DNA of 64,000 bases from contig WYBL01000116.1 of assembly GCA_011526565.1 (NCBI GenBank), positions 3,019 to 67,018 of the forward strand, in the 5' to 3' direction. The notes below the pieces were generated by a model that worked only from the letters and a program-made list of their open reading frames with translations, was not told the DNA's origin and searched no databases. Shown piece after piece: positions 24,536-34,755 of this stretch. The position numbers and the translations under genes were made by a program. Positions within the stretch are counted from its first letter, which is position 1; each line of letters begins with the position of its first letter. Origin of the DNA: Acidobacteriota bacterium (GTDB lineage: Bacteria; Acidobacteriota; Vicinamibacteria; Fen-336).

Positions 24536-26185
24536 TTAGGGTGAGACGGCCCCCCAGTCGATCTCGTAGAGGCGATCGCCGTCTTCGGCGACGTGGACGA
24601 GGACGAACGTGCGCGCGGCGTCCATCGCGGGCACCAGCCGCCCCAGCGTCGGGAAGGCCCCCGCGCGCACGACCACGTAGCGGGTGTCGGGGAACCGCTC
24701 GCGGAGCAGCCGGAGCGGCCGCGAGGCGTCGACGTCGCCGGGGTCGCCGCGGCGCCAGTGGTTGCGCACCTGGCGCTGCAGCGCGAGGTTGTAGGGCGGG
24801 CCGAACGCGGCGAGGCCGTTGACGAACGGGTAGCCCGTGCGCGCGGCCCACACCAGCAGGTCCGGGTTGGTCGGAGCCACCTCGAGCACGGGCGCCCGCG
24901 GGCGGCGCACGAGCTCGGCGTAGACCGGGGCCAGTCCCGGCGCCACCTCGCGCACCTTCTGTGGCGGCGACCAGGCCTCGGCGGCGGCGGCGGCCAGCAG
25001 CAGCGATCCGAGCAGGGCGCCGCGTCCAGGGGGCTGATCGGCCCGCAGTCGCGCCGTGGCAAGACCGGCCATCACCGCCAGCAGCATCAGGGCCAGCGCG
25101 CCGAAGCTGCACGGGTGCCGCATCTGCTCGAAGCCGGGCAGGAACGAGAGCAGCGCCCACGGGCCGGGGAACTCGAGGCCGGGCAGGATCACCCGCGGGC
25201 CGAAGGAGAGCGCGAAGAGGATGGCCGCGAGAGCGGCCCACAGCCGCACCCCGGGCACCCGCCGCCGCAGGCCCTCGATCGCCAGCAGCGGCGCCACCAC
25301 GCCGGGGAAGGCGGCCTCGCCGCCGGTGCCCAGCAGCGCGCCCCACAGGTAGCCGGTGCTGGTCAGGTCGCGGGCGGGCTGGAAGGAGTACGTGACCGCT
25401 TCGGCCGCCGAGCGCTGCATCGGGATCAGCTCCGCGAGCGCGGCGAAGGCCCGCAGGTAGGGCCACGTGAGCACCAGCGCGATCGCCGCGGCCGCGGCGG
25501 CGTGGGCGAAGAAGCGCCGGTCGCCGAAGCGGCGCCAGTGCGCCGCGCCGAACAGCACGGCGAAGACGGCGAGGATCAGGGCGTAGTAGCCCGAGGACTG
25601 CGCGCTCAGCGAGAACGACACCCCGGCCAGCATGGCGTCGCGGGCGCGGGGCTTCTCCGCGAGGCGCGTGATCGCCAGCAGGAACAGCGCGATCCAGCCC
25701 GTCGAGATCAGGTTGAGGTGGGGCAGGTGCAGGGTCTGGTGCGAGTCGTGGGTCGCCATCAGGCCCGCCAGCGCGCCGGCCAGGCGGTCGCCCGTGCGGT
25801 CGTGGACCAGCTTGTGGAACGCCCAGCCCGAGAACGCCAGCGCGAACAGCGTGGCCAGGTTGAACAGCGGGATCGGATCGTCGATCAGCAGCCGCAGCGG
25901 CCAGACGAGGATGCCCGATCCCAGCGCGAAGTCGGCGTACAGCAGCGACCAGGGCGAGGGGTGGAAGACGTTCGCGTGGAAGAACGAGTCGCGGAGCAGG
26001 TGCCCGGTGGTCCAGTGGACCGCGAACATCTCCATCGCCGGGTCGGTCCCGGCCAGCGTCGCGCCGAAGAGATCGCGACCGAGCGGCCAGGTGAACGCGA
26101 CGGCCAGCGCCAGGAAGCCGGCGGCGACTGCGAGTTCGACCGCGAAAGGAGCCACCCCCTCCCGCAACCGGCCAGCTCTCTCCAC
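24536..26185 (-). CDS. polytopic membrane protein, possibly GT-C-type glycosyltransferase-like
   Basis: 549 aa with at least 10 hydrophobic helices and a soluble C-terminal region. The N-terminus [21 protein letters not shown] resembles PMT_2/GT-C-like membrane proteins, but I did not assign a family. Confidence 0.6.
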   Translation of the reverse strand: MERAGRLREGVAPFAVELAVAAGFLALAVAFTWPLGRDLFGATLAGTDPAMEMFAVHWTTGHLLRDSFFHANVFHPSPWSLLYADFALGSGILVWPLRLLIDDPIPLFNLATLFALAFSGWAFHKLVHDRTGDRLAGALAGLMATHDSHQTLHLPHLNLISTGWIALFLLAITRLAEKPRARDAMLAGVSFSLSAQSSGYYALILAVFAVLFGAAHWRRFGDRRFFAHAAAAAAIALVLTWPYLRAFAALAELIPMQRSAAEAVTYSFQPARDLTSTGYLWGALLGTGGEAAFPGVVAPLLAIEGLRRRVPGVRLWAALAAILFALSFGPRVILPGLEFPGPWALLSFLPGFEQMRHPCSFGALALMLLAVMAGLATARLRADQPPGRGALLGSLLLAAAAAEAWSPPQKVREVAPGLAPVYAELVRRPRAPVLEVAPTNPDLLVWAARTGYPFVNGLAAFGPPYNLALQRQVRNHWRRGDPGDVDASRPLRLLRERFPDTRYVVVRAGAFPTLGRLVPAMDAARTFVLVHVAEDGDRLYEIDWGAVSP

Positions 26186-26255
26186 CGTGCCCCCACGAGG
26201 AGCGTCGATCCTACTAGAATCCGCGCTCCGCGCTTGGGGACGGAGGCGAAGGACC

Positions 26256-26675
26256 TTGGATCACGGACGGCGGACGTCGATGGCGGCGATGGCGGCGGGA
26301 CTGCTGGCGGCGTGCGGCGGTAGCGGGGGCGACTCGCCCACCGGCCCGACCCAGCTCGTGGTCGAGGACATCACGATCGGCACCGGGGCCACCGCGGCCG
26401 TCGGCGACACGGTCACCGTGCACTACGTCGGCACGCTGCTCAACGGCACGCAGTTCGACAGCTCGTATCCCTCGGGACGGCCGTTCACCTTCCGCATCGG
26501 CGCCGGCCAGGTGATCCAGGGCTGGGAGCAGGGCGTGCCCGGCATGCGCGTCGGCGGCAAGCGGCGGCTGACGATCCCGCCGAGCCTCGGCTACGGCAGC
26601 CAGGCCAACGGCCCGATCCCTGCCAACTCGACGCTGCGCTTCGAGATCGAGCTGCTGTCGATCGCCGGCAAGTGA
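26256..26675 (+). CDS. FKBP-type peptidyl-prolyl cis-trans isomerase (lipoprotein)
   Basis: TTG 26256 with GGAGG 8 nt upstream (ATG 26280 is an alternative). Lipobox-like AAGLLAACGG. FKBP core VTVHYVGTLLNGTQFDSS..GAGQVIQGWEQG..GGKRRLTIPPSLGYG. Confidence 0.85.
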   Translation: MDHGRRTSMAAMAAGLLAACGGSGGDSPTGPTQLVVEDITIGTGATAAVGDTVTVHYVGTLLNGTQFDSSYPSGRPFTFRIGAGQVIQGWEQGVPGMRVGGKRRLTIPPSLGYGSQANGPIPANSTLRFEIELLSIAGK

Positions 26676-26749
26676 TCCCCGACGCGCCGCGTCAGCGCTT
26701 CTGACGCACCGCGCGTGCTCGTGATGCCCTATCCTTCGCGGACCCCGCG

Positions 26750-28609
26750 ATGGACGAGAATCCCCACGCCTCCCGCCACCAGACCGAACTGCTGCTGCAC
26801 GGGCTGCGCGCCCTGTTCGGCGAGGTCGACGAGACGTTCCTCGCCGAACTGCGCCCGCGCCTCGACTGGATCGAGCTGGCCGGCGGCGAGACGCTGTTCC
26901 GCCAGGGCGAGCGCGCCGACGACATCTACTTCGTGATCAGCGGGCGCCTGCGCGCCCACGTCGCGGACGAAGAGGGCGAGCGCGTGCTCGGCGAGATCAT
27001 GCGCGGCGAGACGATCGGCGAGATGGCGATCTTCACCGGCGAGCCGCGCTCGGCGTCGATCACCGCCGTGCGCGACAGCGTGCTCGTCAGGCTGTCGCGT
27101 CCCGCGTTCGAGGCGTTGCTCGGCTCCCACCCGCTGTTGTCGATCAACGTGACGCGGCTGATCATCGACCGCCTGAAGCGCTCCAGCCACCCGCGCAACG
27201 CGGCGCGGCGCCCGGTCAACCTGTGCCTGCTGCCGATCACGCCTGGCGCCGACGGCGAGGAACTCGGCCGCGCGCTGGTCGGGCGGCTGGGGCGCTACGG
27301 CCGCGCCGTGCTGCTGACCAGCGCCGGCGTCAACGCCCAGCACGGGCCGGACGTCGCGCAGGCCGACAAGTCGCGGCCCGACGACTACCGCCGGCTGACC
27401 CGCTGGCTCGACGAGGTCGAGGCCCAGCACGACTTCCTGGTCTTCGTCGCCGACCGCGAGGCCAGCGAGTGGTCGCGCCGCTCGCTGCGCCACTCGGACG
27501 AGGTGCTGCTGCTGTGCGAGGCGGGTGCGGAGCCCGCCGTGCACCCGATGGAGCGCGACTTCCTGGAGGGCCCGGGCCGGGTCGGCGGCGCGAGCCAGAC
27601 GCTGGTGCTGCTCCACCCGCCGGGCACCACCTTCCCGCGCGGCACGAAGCGCTGGCTGGACCGCCGGCCCGTCGCCCGCCACTTCCACGTGCGCCCCCAC
27701 CTCGAGCGCGACGTCGCGCGGCTCGGCCGCATCCTCTCGGGCCACGCGATCGGCCTCGTCTTCAGCGGCGGCGGCGCCCGCGGCTTCGCGCATCTCGGCG
27801 TGCTGCGCGCGCTGGAGGAGCACGGCGTCGCGATCGACTACGTCGGCGGCACCAGCATCGGCGGGGTGATGGCCGCGCTGTGCGGCTTCGACCAGCCGGC
27901 GATGCAGGCGATCCACAACGCCCGCCGCGCCTTCAAGGCCGACCCCACGAGCGACTACAACATCGTGCCGATGATCTCGTTCATCCGCGGCCGCAAGCTG
28001 AAGCGGATCATCGAGCAGGCGGTCGAGGAGGCGGTCGGTTCGCCGTGCGACCTCGAGGACTGCTGGAAGACGGTGTTCTGCATCGCCACCAACTTCTCGC
28101 GCTCGACGGAGATGGTGCTGACCCGCGGCGACCTGGCGCGCCAGGTGCGGGCCTCGGTCTCGATCCCCGCCGCGCTGCCGCCGGTGATCCACGACGGCGA
28201 CCTGCTGGTCGACGGCGGCTGCTTCAACAACTTCCCCACCGACGTGATGGGCCGGCTCGGGGTCGGCAGGGTGATCGGAGTCGACCTGATCAAGGACGTG
28301 CGGCGGCGCCAGGAGATCGACGAGGTGCCCGGCAACTGGGACCTGCTGCGCGACAAGCTGCGCGGCCGCCGCCGCCGTTACCGGCTGCCGTCGCTGACCG
28401 CCGTGCTGCTGATGTCGACGATCCTGTACTCCAACTCGCGCCGCAAGCAGACGAAGCAGTACACCGACCTCTACTTCAACCCGGAGATGGGGCGGGTCGG
28501 CCTGCTCGAGTGGGGCCGCTTCGAGTCGATCGTCGAGCTCGGCTACCTCCACGCGAAGGAGGTGCTCGGCCGCATGACCGACGCGGAGCTCGCCCCCTAC
28601 CGCGACTGA
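26750..28609 (+). CDS. cyclic-nucleotide-binding domain + patatin-like phospholipase (NTE-like)
   Basis: N-terminal cNMP domain (LFRQGERADDIYFVISGRLR..FGEMAIFTGEPRSASITA). Patatin domain with GLVFSGGGARGFAHLGVLRAL, GTSIGG (GxSxG) and LVDGG. Confidence 0.85.
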   Translation: MDENPHASRHQTELLLHGLRALFGEVDETFLAELRPRLDWIELAGGETLFRQGERADDIYFVISGRLRAHVADEEGERVLGEIMRGETIGEMAIFTGEPRSASITAVRDSVLVRLSRPAFEALLGSHPLLSINVTRLIIDRLKRSSHPRNAARRPVNLCLLPITPGADGEELGRALVGRLGRYGRAVLLTSAGVNAQHGPDVAQADKSRPDDYRRLTRWLDEVEAQHDFLVFVADREASEWSRRSLRHSDEVLLLCEAGAEPAVHPMERDFLEGPGRVGGASQTLVLLHPPGTTFPRGTKRWLDRRPVARHFHVRPHLERDVARLGRILSGHAIGLVFSGGGARGFAHLGVLRALEEHGVAIDYVGGTSIGGVMAALCGFDQPAMQAIHNARRAFKADPTSDYNIVPMISFIRGRKLKRIIEQAVEEAVGSPCDLEDCWKTVFCIATNFSRSTEMVLTRGDLARQVRASVSIPAALPPVIHDGDLLVDGGCFNNFPTDVMGRLGVGRVIGVDLIKDVRRRQEIDEVPGNWDLLRDKLRGRRRRYRLPSLTAVLLMSTILYSNSRRKQTKQYTDLYFNPEMGRVGLLEWGRFESIVELGYLHAKEVLGRMTDAELAPYRD

Positions 28610-28616
28610 AGGCCGC

Positions 28617-29153
28617 TCACAGGTCGTCCTTCAGGAACGCCTCGCGGGCCGTGACCTTGGTCTCGACCAGGTCGGCGTTCGAGAGCCCGATCGCCAGCGC
28701 CACCTTGCGCACGAAGTACTCCTCGTGGCCCGCGAGCTCGGCGTCGGCATAGGCCAGGCGCCACAGGTTGAGCACGATCTCGCGGCGCTGCGGCATGTCG
28801 GCGTTGGCGCGGATCGCGTTGAGCAGCTCCGGCAGCGGCGTGCGTCCGACCTTGTCCTCGGCGACCCGCACCAGCATCAGCGCGGCGTCCCCGCGCAGGC
28901 CGAGGGCGCGCTCGAGGGCCGCCATCAGGGCCAGGTGCTCGTCCGTCTTCAGCTCGTGGTCGGCGCGGGCCACCTGCAGGAACAGCACGGCGGTGGCGAG
29001 CTGGACCGCCTCCGGGGAGAGGTCGACGGGCGGTGCCCCGACGAGGGCGCTGGCGAACGCCTGGCGCGCGGCCGCGCGCCGCCCCTCGAAGACGTCGGTG
29101 ATCGCGGCGAGCAGGGCGCCCTCCAGCTCGTCCGGCACCAGGTGGTCGAGCAT
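28617..29153 (-). CDS. TerB-family (tellurite-resistance TerB-like) protein
   Basis: 178-aa helical protein. ARADHELKTDEHLALMAALERALGL and EIVLNLWRLAYADAELAGHEEYFVRKVALAIGL fit the TerB repeat pattern. Confidence 0.65.
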   Translation of the reverse strand: MLDHLVPDELEGALLAAITDVFEGRRAAARQAFASALVGAPPVDLSPEAVQLATAVLFLQVARADHELKTDEHLALMAALERALGLRGDAALMLVRVAEDKVGRTPLPELLNAIRANADMPQRREIVLNLWRLAYADAELAGHEEYFVRKVALAIGLSNADLVETKVTAREAFLKDDL

Positions 29154-29204
29154 GTCCGCCTCCCCGACCGCGACCCTACGAAGTCTGCGCCCCCCGCGTC
29201 AACC

Positions 29205-29576
29205 TCAGATCCGCTCGGGGTCGCGCACCGTGCGCGCCTCGACGACCTCGCCCGTGTTGACGACGCCGCGGCGCTCGAACAGCAACACGTGGCACTCGGC
29301 GTCGGCGACCGGCCGGTGCTCGACGCCGCGCGGCACGACCAGCAGTTGCGAGGGCCCCAGCTCGGCGACGCCGTCGCGGAACTCGATGCGCAGGCGGCCG
29401 GAGAGGACCAGGAACAGCTCGTCTTCGGCCTCGTGGCGGTGCCACACGAACTCCCCGTGCAGCTTCGCCAGCTTGACGTCGTAGCCGTCGACCTCGGCGA
29501 TCCGCTTCGGGGTCCAGGTCTCGGAGAACGAGGCGAGCTTGGCGCCGAGGTCGACGACGGGCGGGACCCCGTTCAA
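29205..29576 (-). CDS. cupin domain protein
   Basis: This is the 3' part of ORF 29205..30158. The proposed TTG 29576 overlaps the upstream TGA (TTGA). Cupin motifs WHRHEAEDELFLVLSGRLRIEF and VVPRGVEHRP. The start is uncertain. Confidence 0.65.
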   Translation of the reverse strand: MNGVPPVVDLGAKLASFSETWTPKRIAEVDGYDVKLAKLHGEFVWHRHEAEDELFLVLSGRLRIEFRDGVAELGPSQLLVVPRGVEHRPVADAECHVLLFERRGVVNTGEVVEARTVRDPERI

Positions 29577-30073
29577 CCGCGCGACTCGCGCCAGGCGGCG
29601 ACGTTGCGCTCGATCTGCCGCGCGTGGTTCTCCACGTGGGCGGCGTAGGAGCGCAGCCAGTCGCACGCCGAGTACGGGCCCGACTCGGTGTGGCGGCCCG
29701 CGCGCGCCCACGCCGCGTCCGGCAGTCTTCGGGCGAGGGCCGCCGTGTGCGCGCGCACGGCGTCGACCACCGCGAGGGCGACCTCCGCCGGGTGCGCGTG
29801 GTAGTCGTGCTCGCGGGCCCACGCCTCCTGGTCGTAGCCGACGATCAGCGGCTCCTTCTCCGTGACCAGATACCGCAGGCGCAGCGCCGCGTTGGCCTCG
29901 GAGTCGGCGCAGTGCACGACCACCTCGTGGGCCGACCACGTGCCGGGCCCCGGCCGCCATTGGCGGGCCTCGGCGGGCACCACCTCCCAGGCCGCGCGCA
30001 GCCGCGCCGGCCCCTTCTCGTACTGGCGCAGCAGGGGCTCGCGTTCGGCCGCAGTCAGGACACCCGTGCTCAT
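29573..30073 (-). CDS. DinB-family protein
   Basis: 166 aa with His-containing helices (WSAHEVVVHCADSE, YAAHVENHARQI), typical of DinB_2 four-helix bundles. Confidence 0.7.
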   Translation of the reverse strand: MSTGVLTAAEREPLLRQYEKGPARLRAAWEVVPAEARQWRPGPGTWSAHEVVVHCADSEANAALRLRYLVTEKEPLIVGYDQEAWAREHDYHAHPAEVALAVVDAVRAHTAALARRLPDAAWARAGRHTESGPYSACDWLRSYAAHVENHARQIERNVAAWRESRG

Positions 30074-30105
30074 CGAACTCCTCCGGCTCGCCCCCGGGGA
30101 ATCGT

Positions 30106-31149
30106 TCAGCGCTTCTTCGGCGCCTCGACGATGCGCAGCAGGTCGGAGAGCAGCGCATACGCGGTCTGGTCGACCCCGCCGCGGCCCTCGACGATCGCCA
30201 CCTCGCGCATCAGGTCGGTCTCCAGCACCAGCACGCCGTCGACGTCGTCGAGCGCCAGCGGGTCGCCGGCCGGTACCGCTTCCGGCCCGACCGAGATGCG
30301 GACGCGGCCGGCCTCGCGGCGGGCGCGGGCGACCAGCCGCAGCCGCTCGCCGCGGGCGCGGGCCTCGCGGGCCTCGCGCTCCACGCCCGGCCCGATCCCG
30401 GCCCGCACGACGTCCGCGGGCTCCACGTCGGCGTCGAGCAGCGCGTTGGCCAGCGCGCAGGCCTTGACGGCGGCGTCCCAGCCGTCGACGTCGAGCGAGG
30501 GGTCGGCCTCGGCCACGCCCAGCTTCTGCGCGTCGGCCAGCGCCTCCTCGTAGCTGAGGCCGCGCGAGGCGTCGGAGAGGATGCGGGTGGTCGTCGAGTT
30601 GAGCAGGCCACGGAAGCCGTTGACCTTCGCGCCGCGCAGGCAGGTCTCGACCAGGTTGAAGATCGGGGCGCCGTCCATCACCACGCCCTCGTGCAGGAAG
30701 TGCACTTTCTTCGACCGGGCCAGCGCCATCAGCTTCTTGCGGGCGAACGCGACCGGGCCCTTGTTGGCCGTGATCACGTGGAGGCCGCGGCCCAGCGCCG
30801 CGCGGATGTGGGCCGTGGCCGGCTCTCCGCCACGCACGTCGAGCGTGGAGATCTCGATCACCACGTCGGCGGGCACCGACTTCACGAACTCGAGCGCCGA
30901 AGCCGGCGCCTTGCGCCCGCGGTGCAGCGGCTCGAGCGAGCGCCCGGCCTTGACCAGGTGCAGGGCCTTGCCGAGCGGCAGCCCCTTCGGGTCGATCGCG
31001 GTCCCGTGGCGACGGGTGGCGATGCCCGTGATCGTGACCGCCACCCCCGCGGCCTTCAACTCCTTGCCGTAGCGACCGGCGAGCTGCTCCGCGAAGTAGC
31101 GACCGACGTTGCCGAACCCGACCAGGGCCAGACGCAGCGGACGTGCCAT
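30106..31149 (-). CDS. homoserine dehydrogenase family protein (no ACT domain)
   Basis: NAD-binding LALVGFGNVGR, then ITANKGPVA, HEGVVMDGAPIFNL and GLLNSTTTRILS. Confidence 0.75.
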   Translation of the reverse strand: MARPLRLALVGFGNVGRYFAEQLAGRYGKELKAAGVAVTITGIATRRHGTAIDPKGLPLGKALHLVKAGRSLEPLHRGRKAPASALEFVKSVPADVVIEISTLDVRGGEPATAHIRAALGRGLHVITANKGPVAFARKKLMALARSKKVHFLHEGVVMDGAPIFNLVETCLRGAKVNGFRGLLNSTTTRILSDASRGLSYEEALADAQKLGVAEADPSLDVDGWDAAVKACALANALLDADVEPADVVRAGIGPGVEREAREARARGERLRLVARARREAGRVRISVGPEAVPAGDPLALDDVDGVLVLETDLMREVAIVEGRGGVDQTAYALLSDLLRIVEAPKKR

Positions 31150-31306
31150 AACGAGGCGGGATTGTAACCGCGGCGGCGTCTTTTTGCCCCCGGGCGGTTG
31201 CCGGGCCGGGAGCGGTCGGCTACTTTAGGGGGGTCCGTGCTCTCGCGGACCCGATGTGCGGGTGGCTTTCGCGCAGATCCTGCGGGAAGTCGCCCTAGGA
31301 GTGTGC

Positions 31307-32200
31307 ATGACGTCATTGCCGTTCCGGCGCCCGAGCGCCGCGCTCCTCCTGCTCCTGCTGACCTCGTGCGGCGGGGGCGGTTCTTCTCCGGCCGCACCCA
31401 GCACTCCTCCGACGGGCAACACCACTCCGACCCCCACGCCGGCGCCGACCGCGACGCCGACTCCCACCCCGGGCGGCGGCACCGCGGCCGCGAGCTGCAC
31501 CGCCCTCGGCTACGGCGTCTGGGACGCCCCCTGCTCGCGCAGCGGCGGTCAGTTCACGGAAGTCGTGATGTCCGCCATCAACCAGCTCCAGCGGGAGAAG
31601 CCGGGCCTGTTCGACACCACGCAGTTCGCGGGGGGCAACCCCGAGCAGTGGCGGGTGCTCGACGCGTCCGCCTACTACCAGGGCGTGATGGAGGTCCTCG
31701 GCCGCAACGGCTACTGCGCGAACCTGCTGGCCACCACGATCTCGGTCAAGACCTCCAACTCCTTCTCGGAGGACTTCGACGTGATGCTCAGCTCGGGCCA
31801 CGTCCGGCGAGGCGAGGCGGCCTACCGCAACACCTGCCAGCCCGCCAACTTCCCCGCCAACCCGGTCGAGATGATCAACCGCGTCCGGGTCGGCTTCTTC
31901 GAGATCCGCTGCCCCGACGGGCGCACGCCGCCCCGCAACGGCGAGAACACGCTGCCGATCGGCTGCCTCGGCACCGTCACGGCGACGCCCAAGGACAGGG
32001 ACGACCACGACGTGCCGGCCTCCGTCCACGGCCCCGACATCGAGTGGGAGCTGCTCCAGGACGGCTTCATCGCCGACATCGGCGACGACCCGGTCAGCAA
32101 GTTCAACATGTTCGTCTCGGCCCACAACCCCGGAAGCTTCGAGCTGTGCGCCACCGTGCAGACGATCCGCGGCTGCATGAGGGGCACGGTCATCGAGTAG
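31307..32200 (+). CDS. lipoprotein of unknown function
   Basis: ATG 31307 with AGGAG upstream. Lipobox LLLLLLTSCGG, a Thr/Pro-rich linker, then a Cys-containing domain of about 230 aa that I cannot assign. Confidence 0.65.
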   Translation: MTSLPFRRPSAALLLLLLTSCGGGGSSPAAPSTPPTGNTTPTPTPAPTATPTPTPGGGTAAASCTALGYGVWDAPCSRSGGQFTEVVMSAINQLQREKPGLFDTTQFAGGNPEQWRVLDASAYYQGVMEVLGRNGYCANLLATTISVKTSNSFSEDFDVMLSSGHVRRGEAAYRNTCQPANFPANPVEMINRVRVGFFEIRCPDGRTPPRNGENTLPIGCLGTVTATPKDRDDHDVPASVHGPDIEWELLQDGFIADIGDDPVSKFNMFVSAHNPGSFELCATVQTIRGCMRGTVIE

Positions 32201-32209
32201 GAGGAGATC

Positions 32210-33325
32210 ATGGTTCTCGGCCTGTTCGGGGGAACCGACGTCGGGGACCTGATCGCGAAGAAGAAGTACGCGCGGGCCATCGAGGTCCTCGGCGAGCAGC
32301 TTCGCCGGGGCACCTCGGACCCGCGCGTCCGCAACCAGCTCGCGGACGTGCTGATCATGGCCGGCCGCGAGAAGGAAGCGGTGCCGGTGCTGATCGAGCT
32401 GGCGGACGAGTACGCCCGCGTCAACCAGGCCCCGCGCGCGATCGCGCTGCTCAAGAAGATCGAGCGCATCGACCCCGGCCGTCGCGACGTCGACCAGAAG
32501 CTGGCCTCGCTGATCCGCGACAAGAAGCCGAAGGCCAAGGCCCCGGCGGGCGGCGGCTGGCAGCCCTACGAGGAAGGCGGCCTGAGCACCGGCGGCTCGG
32601 TGTTCGACGCCTCCCACTTCGAGCCCTCGCCGTACACGGGCCAGGAGTCGGTCGCCGCGGCGAAGAAGGCGTCGTGGGAACCCGACATCGGGACCCGGAA
32701 GGAGGAGGCGCCCGGCGCGCCTGCGCCCCCCGACTTCCCTGCGATCCAGCTCCCGCCCGAGCCCGACGAGCCGCCGATGTTCTCGCAGGAGATGTTCCGC
32801 GGCCAGGTGCTCGACGTGATCCAGCAGGTGCTGCAGTCGCCTGCCGTGCCACCCCCGGCGCCACTCGCGACCGCGCCGGCCGTGACGGCCGAAGGCGAAG
32901 AGCCGCTGATCGAGGTCGAGCCGGAGCCGGAACTCGTGACGAGCCCGCTGTTCGGCGACATGTCGGAGGACGAGCTGATCGCGTTCATGCGCGGCCTGCG
33001 GCTGCTGAGCTTCGAGCCCGGCGACGTGATCCTGACCGAGGGCCACCCGGGCGACTCGCTGTTCGTGGTCTCGAGCGGCCTGGTCAAGGCCTTCGTCAAG
33101 GACCAGGGAGCCACCGGCCAGCGCCTCGCCCGCACGATGAAGGACGGCGACTTCTTCGGCGAGATCTCGATCCTGTCGGGCAAGCCGCGCACCGCGACGG
33201 TCACCGCGGCGACCCGCGTCGAGCTGCTGGAGATGGACCGCCCGACGCTCGACGAGATGCTGAAGCAGTACCCGCGCATCATGCAGGTCCTGCAGGACTT
33301 CTACGTCGCCCGCGCGACGGCCTGA
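32210..33325 (+). CDS. TPR-like helical module + low-complexity linker + C-terminal cyclic-nucleotide-binding domain
   Basis: N-terminus KKKYARAIEVLGEQL..ADVLIMAGREKEAVPVLIELADEY..AIALLKKIERIDPGRRDV. cNMP domain PLFGDMSEDELIAF..FGEISILSGKPRTATVTA. It is a paralogue of the modules in 34752..37451. Confidence 0.8.
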   Translation: MVLGLFGGTDVGDLIAKKKYARAIEVLGEQLRRGTSDPRVRNQLADVLIMAGREKEAVPVLIELADEYARVNQAPRAIALLKKIERIDPGRRDVDQKLASLIRDKKPKAKAPAGGGWQPYEEGGLSTGGSVFDASHFEPSPYTGQESVAAAKKASWEPDIGTRKEEAPGAPAPPDFPAIQLPPEPDEPPMFSQEMFRGQVLDVIQQVLQSPAVPPPAPLATAPAVTAEGEEPLIEVEPEPELVTSPLFGDMSEDELIAFMRGLRLLSFEPGDVILTEGHPGDSLFVVSSGLVKAFVKDQGATGQRLARTMKDGDFFGEISILSGKPRTATVTAATRVELLEMDRPTLDEMLKQYPRIMQVLQDFYVARATA

Positions 33326-33363
33326 AGCGGGGCCTCTCGCGAGGCGAATCGAAGGGGACTGCC

Positions 33364-34158
33364 ATGATCCGGGATACGCTCCGCCGTCTCCGGCGACGCT
33401 TCGGCCGTGATCAGGAGCGCGAGGCGGAGAACATGGCTCGCGCCTACGTCGCCGAGCACCCGCGACTCGCTGAAGTCCTGGCCCACGCGGATCGGGTGTC
33501 GGGTTCGACCGGCGTCCAGCTCGCGGACTCGGTGTTCCTCCACAAGGCCGTGCTGCGGCTGCGCCCGACCACGGTCCTCGAATGCGGCACCGGGCGGTCG
33601 ACCTTCGTACTGGCTCAGGCCATGGCCGAAGCGGCGCAGCCGGGGACCCGTCCGCGCCTGGTGTCGATGGAACACGACCGGGCGTGGTTCGAGGCGGCGC
33701 TTCGTGCGTTCCCGAAGGACGAGTTCCCGTTCGTCGAGATCGTCCACTCGCCCCAGGCGCTCCACGGGTACTCGTTCGTTCGCGGCACGGTGTACAGCAG
33801 CGTGCCGACGGCGCCCTATGACCTGGTCTTCGTCGACGGCCCGGGGCAAGAAATGAGCAGCGTGCATCCGCACACGATGTGCAATCTCGATTTCATCCGC
33901 CTCGTGGAGCAATCCGACAGGCCCGTGCGGGCGATCATCGACAACCGAAAGCACACGGTGCTCGCATACACGGTGATCCTTGGCCGCGCCAAGGTGCGCT
34001 TCTTCCCCGGCGGCCGAGGGCAGGGGAGCCTCGGCATCGTGGCACCGGTAACCCGCAAGGACCTCCTGCTGGCGGACAAGATGGCCATGCGCAAGACGCT
34101 GTTTCCGGAGTTCGTGCGCATCGGAGGCGACACGCCGCTGGCCTTCCTGGAAGGCTGA
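33364..34158 (+). CDS. class I SAM-dependent methyltransferase-like protein
   Basis: These are the last 264 codons of ORF 31198..34158, starting at ATG 33364. Motif I-like VLECGTGRSTFVLAQA, and DLVFVDGP. Confidence 0.6.
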   Translation: MIRDTLRRLRRRFGRDQEREAENMARAYVAEHPRLAEVLAHADRVSGSTGVQLADSVFLHKAVLRLRPTTVLECGTGRSTFVLAQAMAEAAQPGTRPRLVSMEHDRAWFEAALRAFPKDEFPFVEIVHSPQALHGYSFVRGTVYSSVPTAPYDLVFVDGPGQEMSSVHPHTMCNLDFIRLVEQSDRPVRAIIDNRKHTVLAYTVILGRAKVRFFPGGRGQGSLGIVAPVTRKDLLLADKMAMRKTLFPEFVRIGGDTPLAFLEG

Positions 34159-34203
34159 CGTTCGTCAGGAAGCTGGGGCCTCGACCGGCGCCCGGCGGCG
34201 TGG

Positions 34204-34755
34204 TCAGCGCGCGGGCGGGGACGGGGGCGCGGGGCAGGCGGACACCCCGCGCTCCGCGCGGCGGGCCTCCAGCGCCTGCCCGATGCGGGCGAGCTGCTCC
34301 GCGCCCAGGTGCCGCTGCAACGTCTCGTAGAAGGCGCGCTCCTCGTAGCGGACGTGGTCGTCGAGCAGCGGGCCGAGTTCGGCGCACACCGGCCGGAGGT
34401 CGTCGCCGCGAACGAGCGCCGTGGCGAGCGACGCGGCCAGGGCCTCCATCTCGCGGTGCTCGTCCGCGATCCGCCGCACGCCCTCGGGGTCGAAGCCGCG
34501 CGCCGCGGGCAGCAGCTCCTGCTCCTCGTCGGCGAAGTGGCCGCGCATCTCCGCCTCCCAGGTCGCGAGGAACGCGCGGGCCGCGGCGACGACGGCCGGG
34601 TCGCCCGCGGGCCGCTGCGCGGCGCGCTTGAGGTCGAGGGCGCGGACCAGCACGCCATGGTGCTCGCGGGAGAGGGCGACGAGGGCGGGATCGCGGCGCA
34701 GGCCGCGGGTGCCGGGAGCCAGCGCGGGCACGACCCGCGGCGGGCGTTCGCTCAC
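34204..34755 (-). CDS. hemerythrin HHE cation-binding domain protein
   Basis: GTG 34755 overlaps the stop of the upstream gene (GTGA). Contains REHHGVL, HFADEEQELLP, DEHREME and DDHVRYEERAFY. Confidence 0.7.
   Translation of the reverse strand: MSERPPRVVPALAPGTRGLRRDPALVALSREHHGVLVRALDLKRAAQRPAGDPAVVAAARAFLATWEAEMRGHFADEEQELLPAARGFDPEGVRRIADEHREMEALAASLATALVRGDDLRPVCAELGPLLDDHVRYEERAFYETLQRHLGAEQLARIGQALEARRAERGVSACPAPPSPPAR

Noticed and set aside
26750-28609. cNMP-patatin as a CBASS (CapV-like) or Pycsar-type defence effector
   Set aside because: No CD-NTase or pyrimidine cyclase gene is adjacent. The flanking genes are FKBP and TerB-like. cNMP-patatin (NTE-like) is a widespread stand-alone architecture, so I treat it as ordinary signalling-regulated lipase.
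28617-29153. TerB protein as part of a ter (tellurite/phage-resistance) cluster
   Set aside because: No TerD, TerZ, TerA or TerC genes or associated ATPase or vWA genes are nearby. It sits at the end of a cupin/DinB/homoserine-dehydrogenase string.
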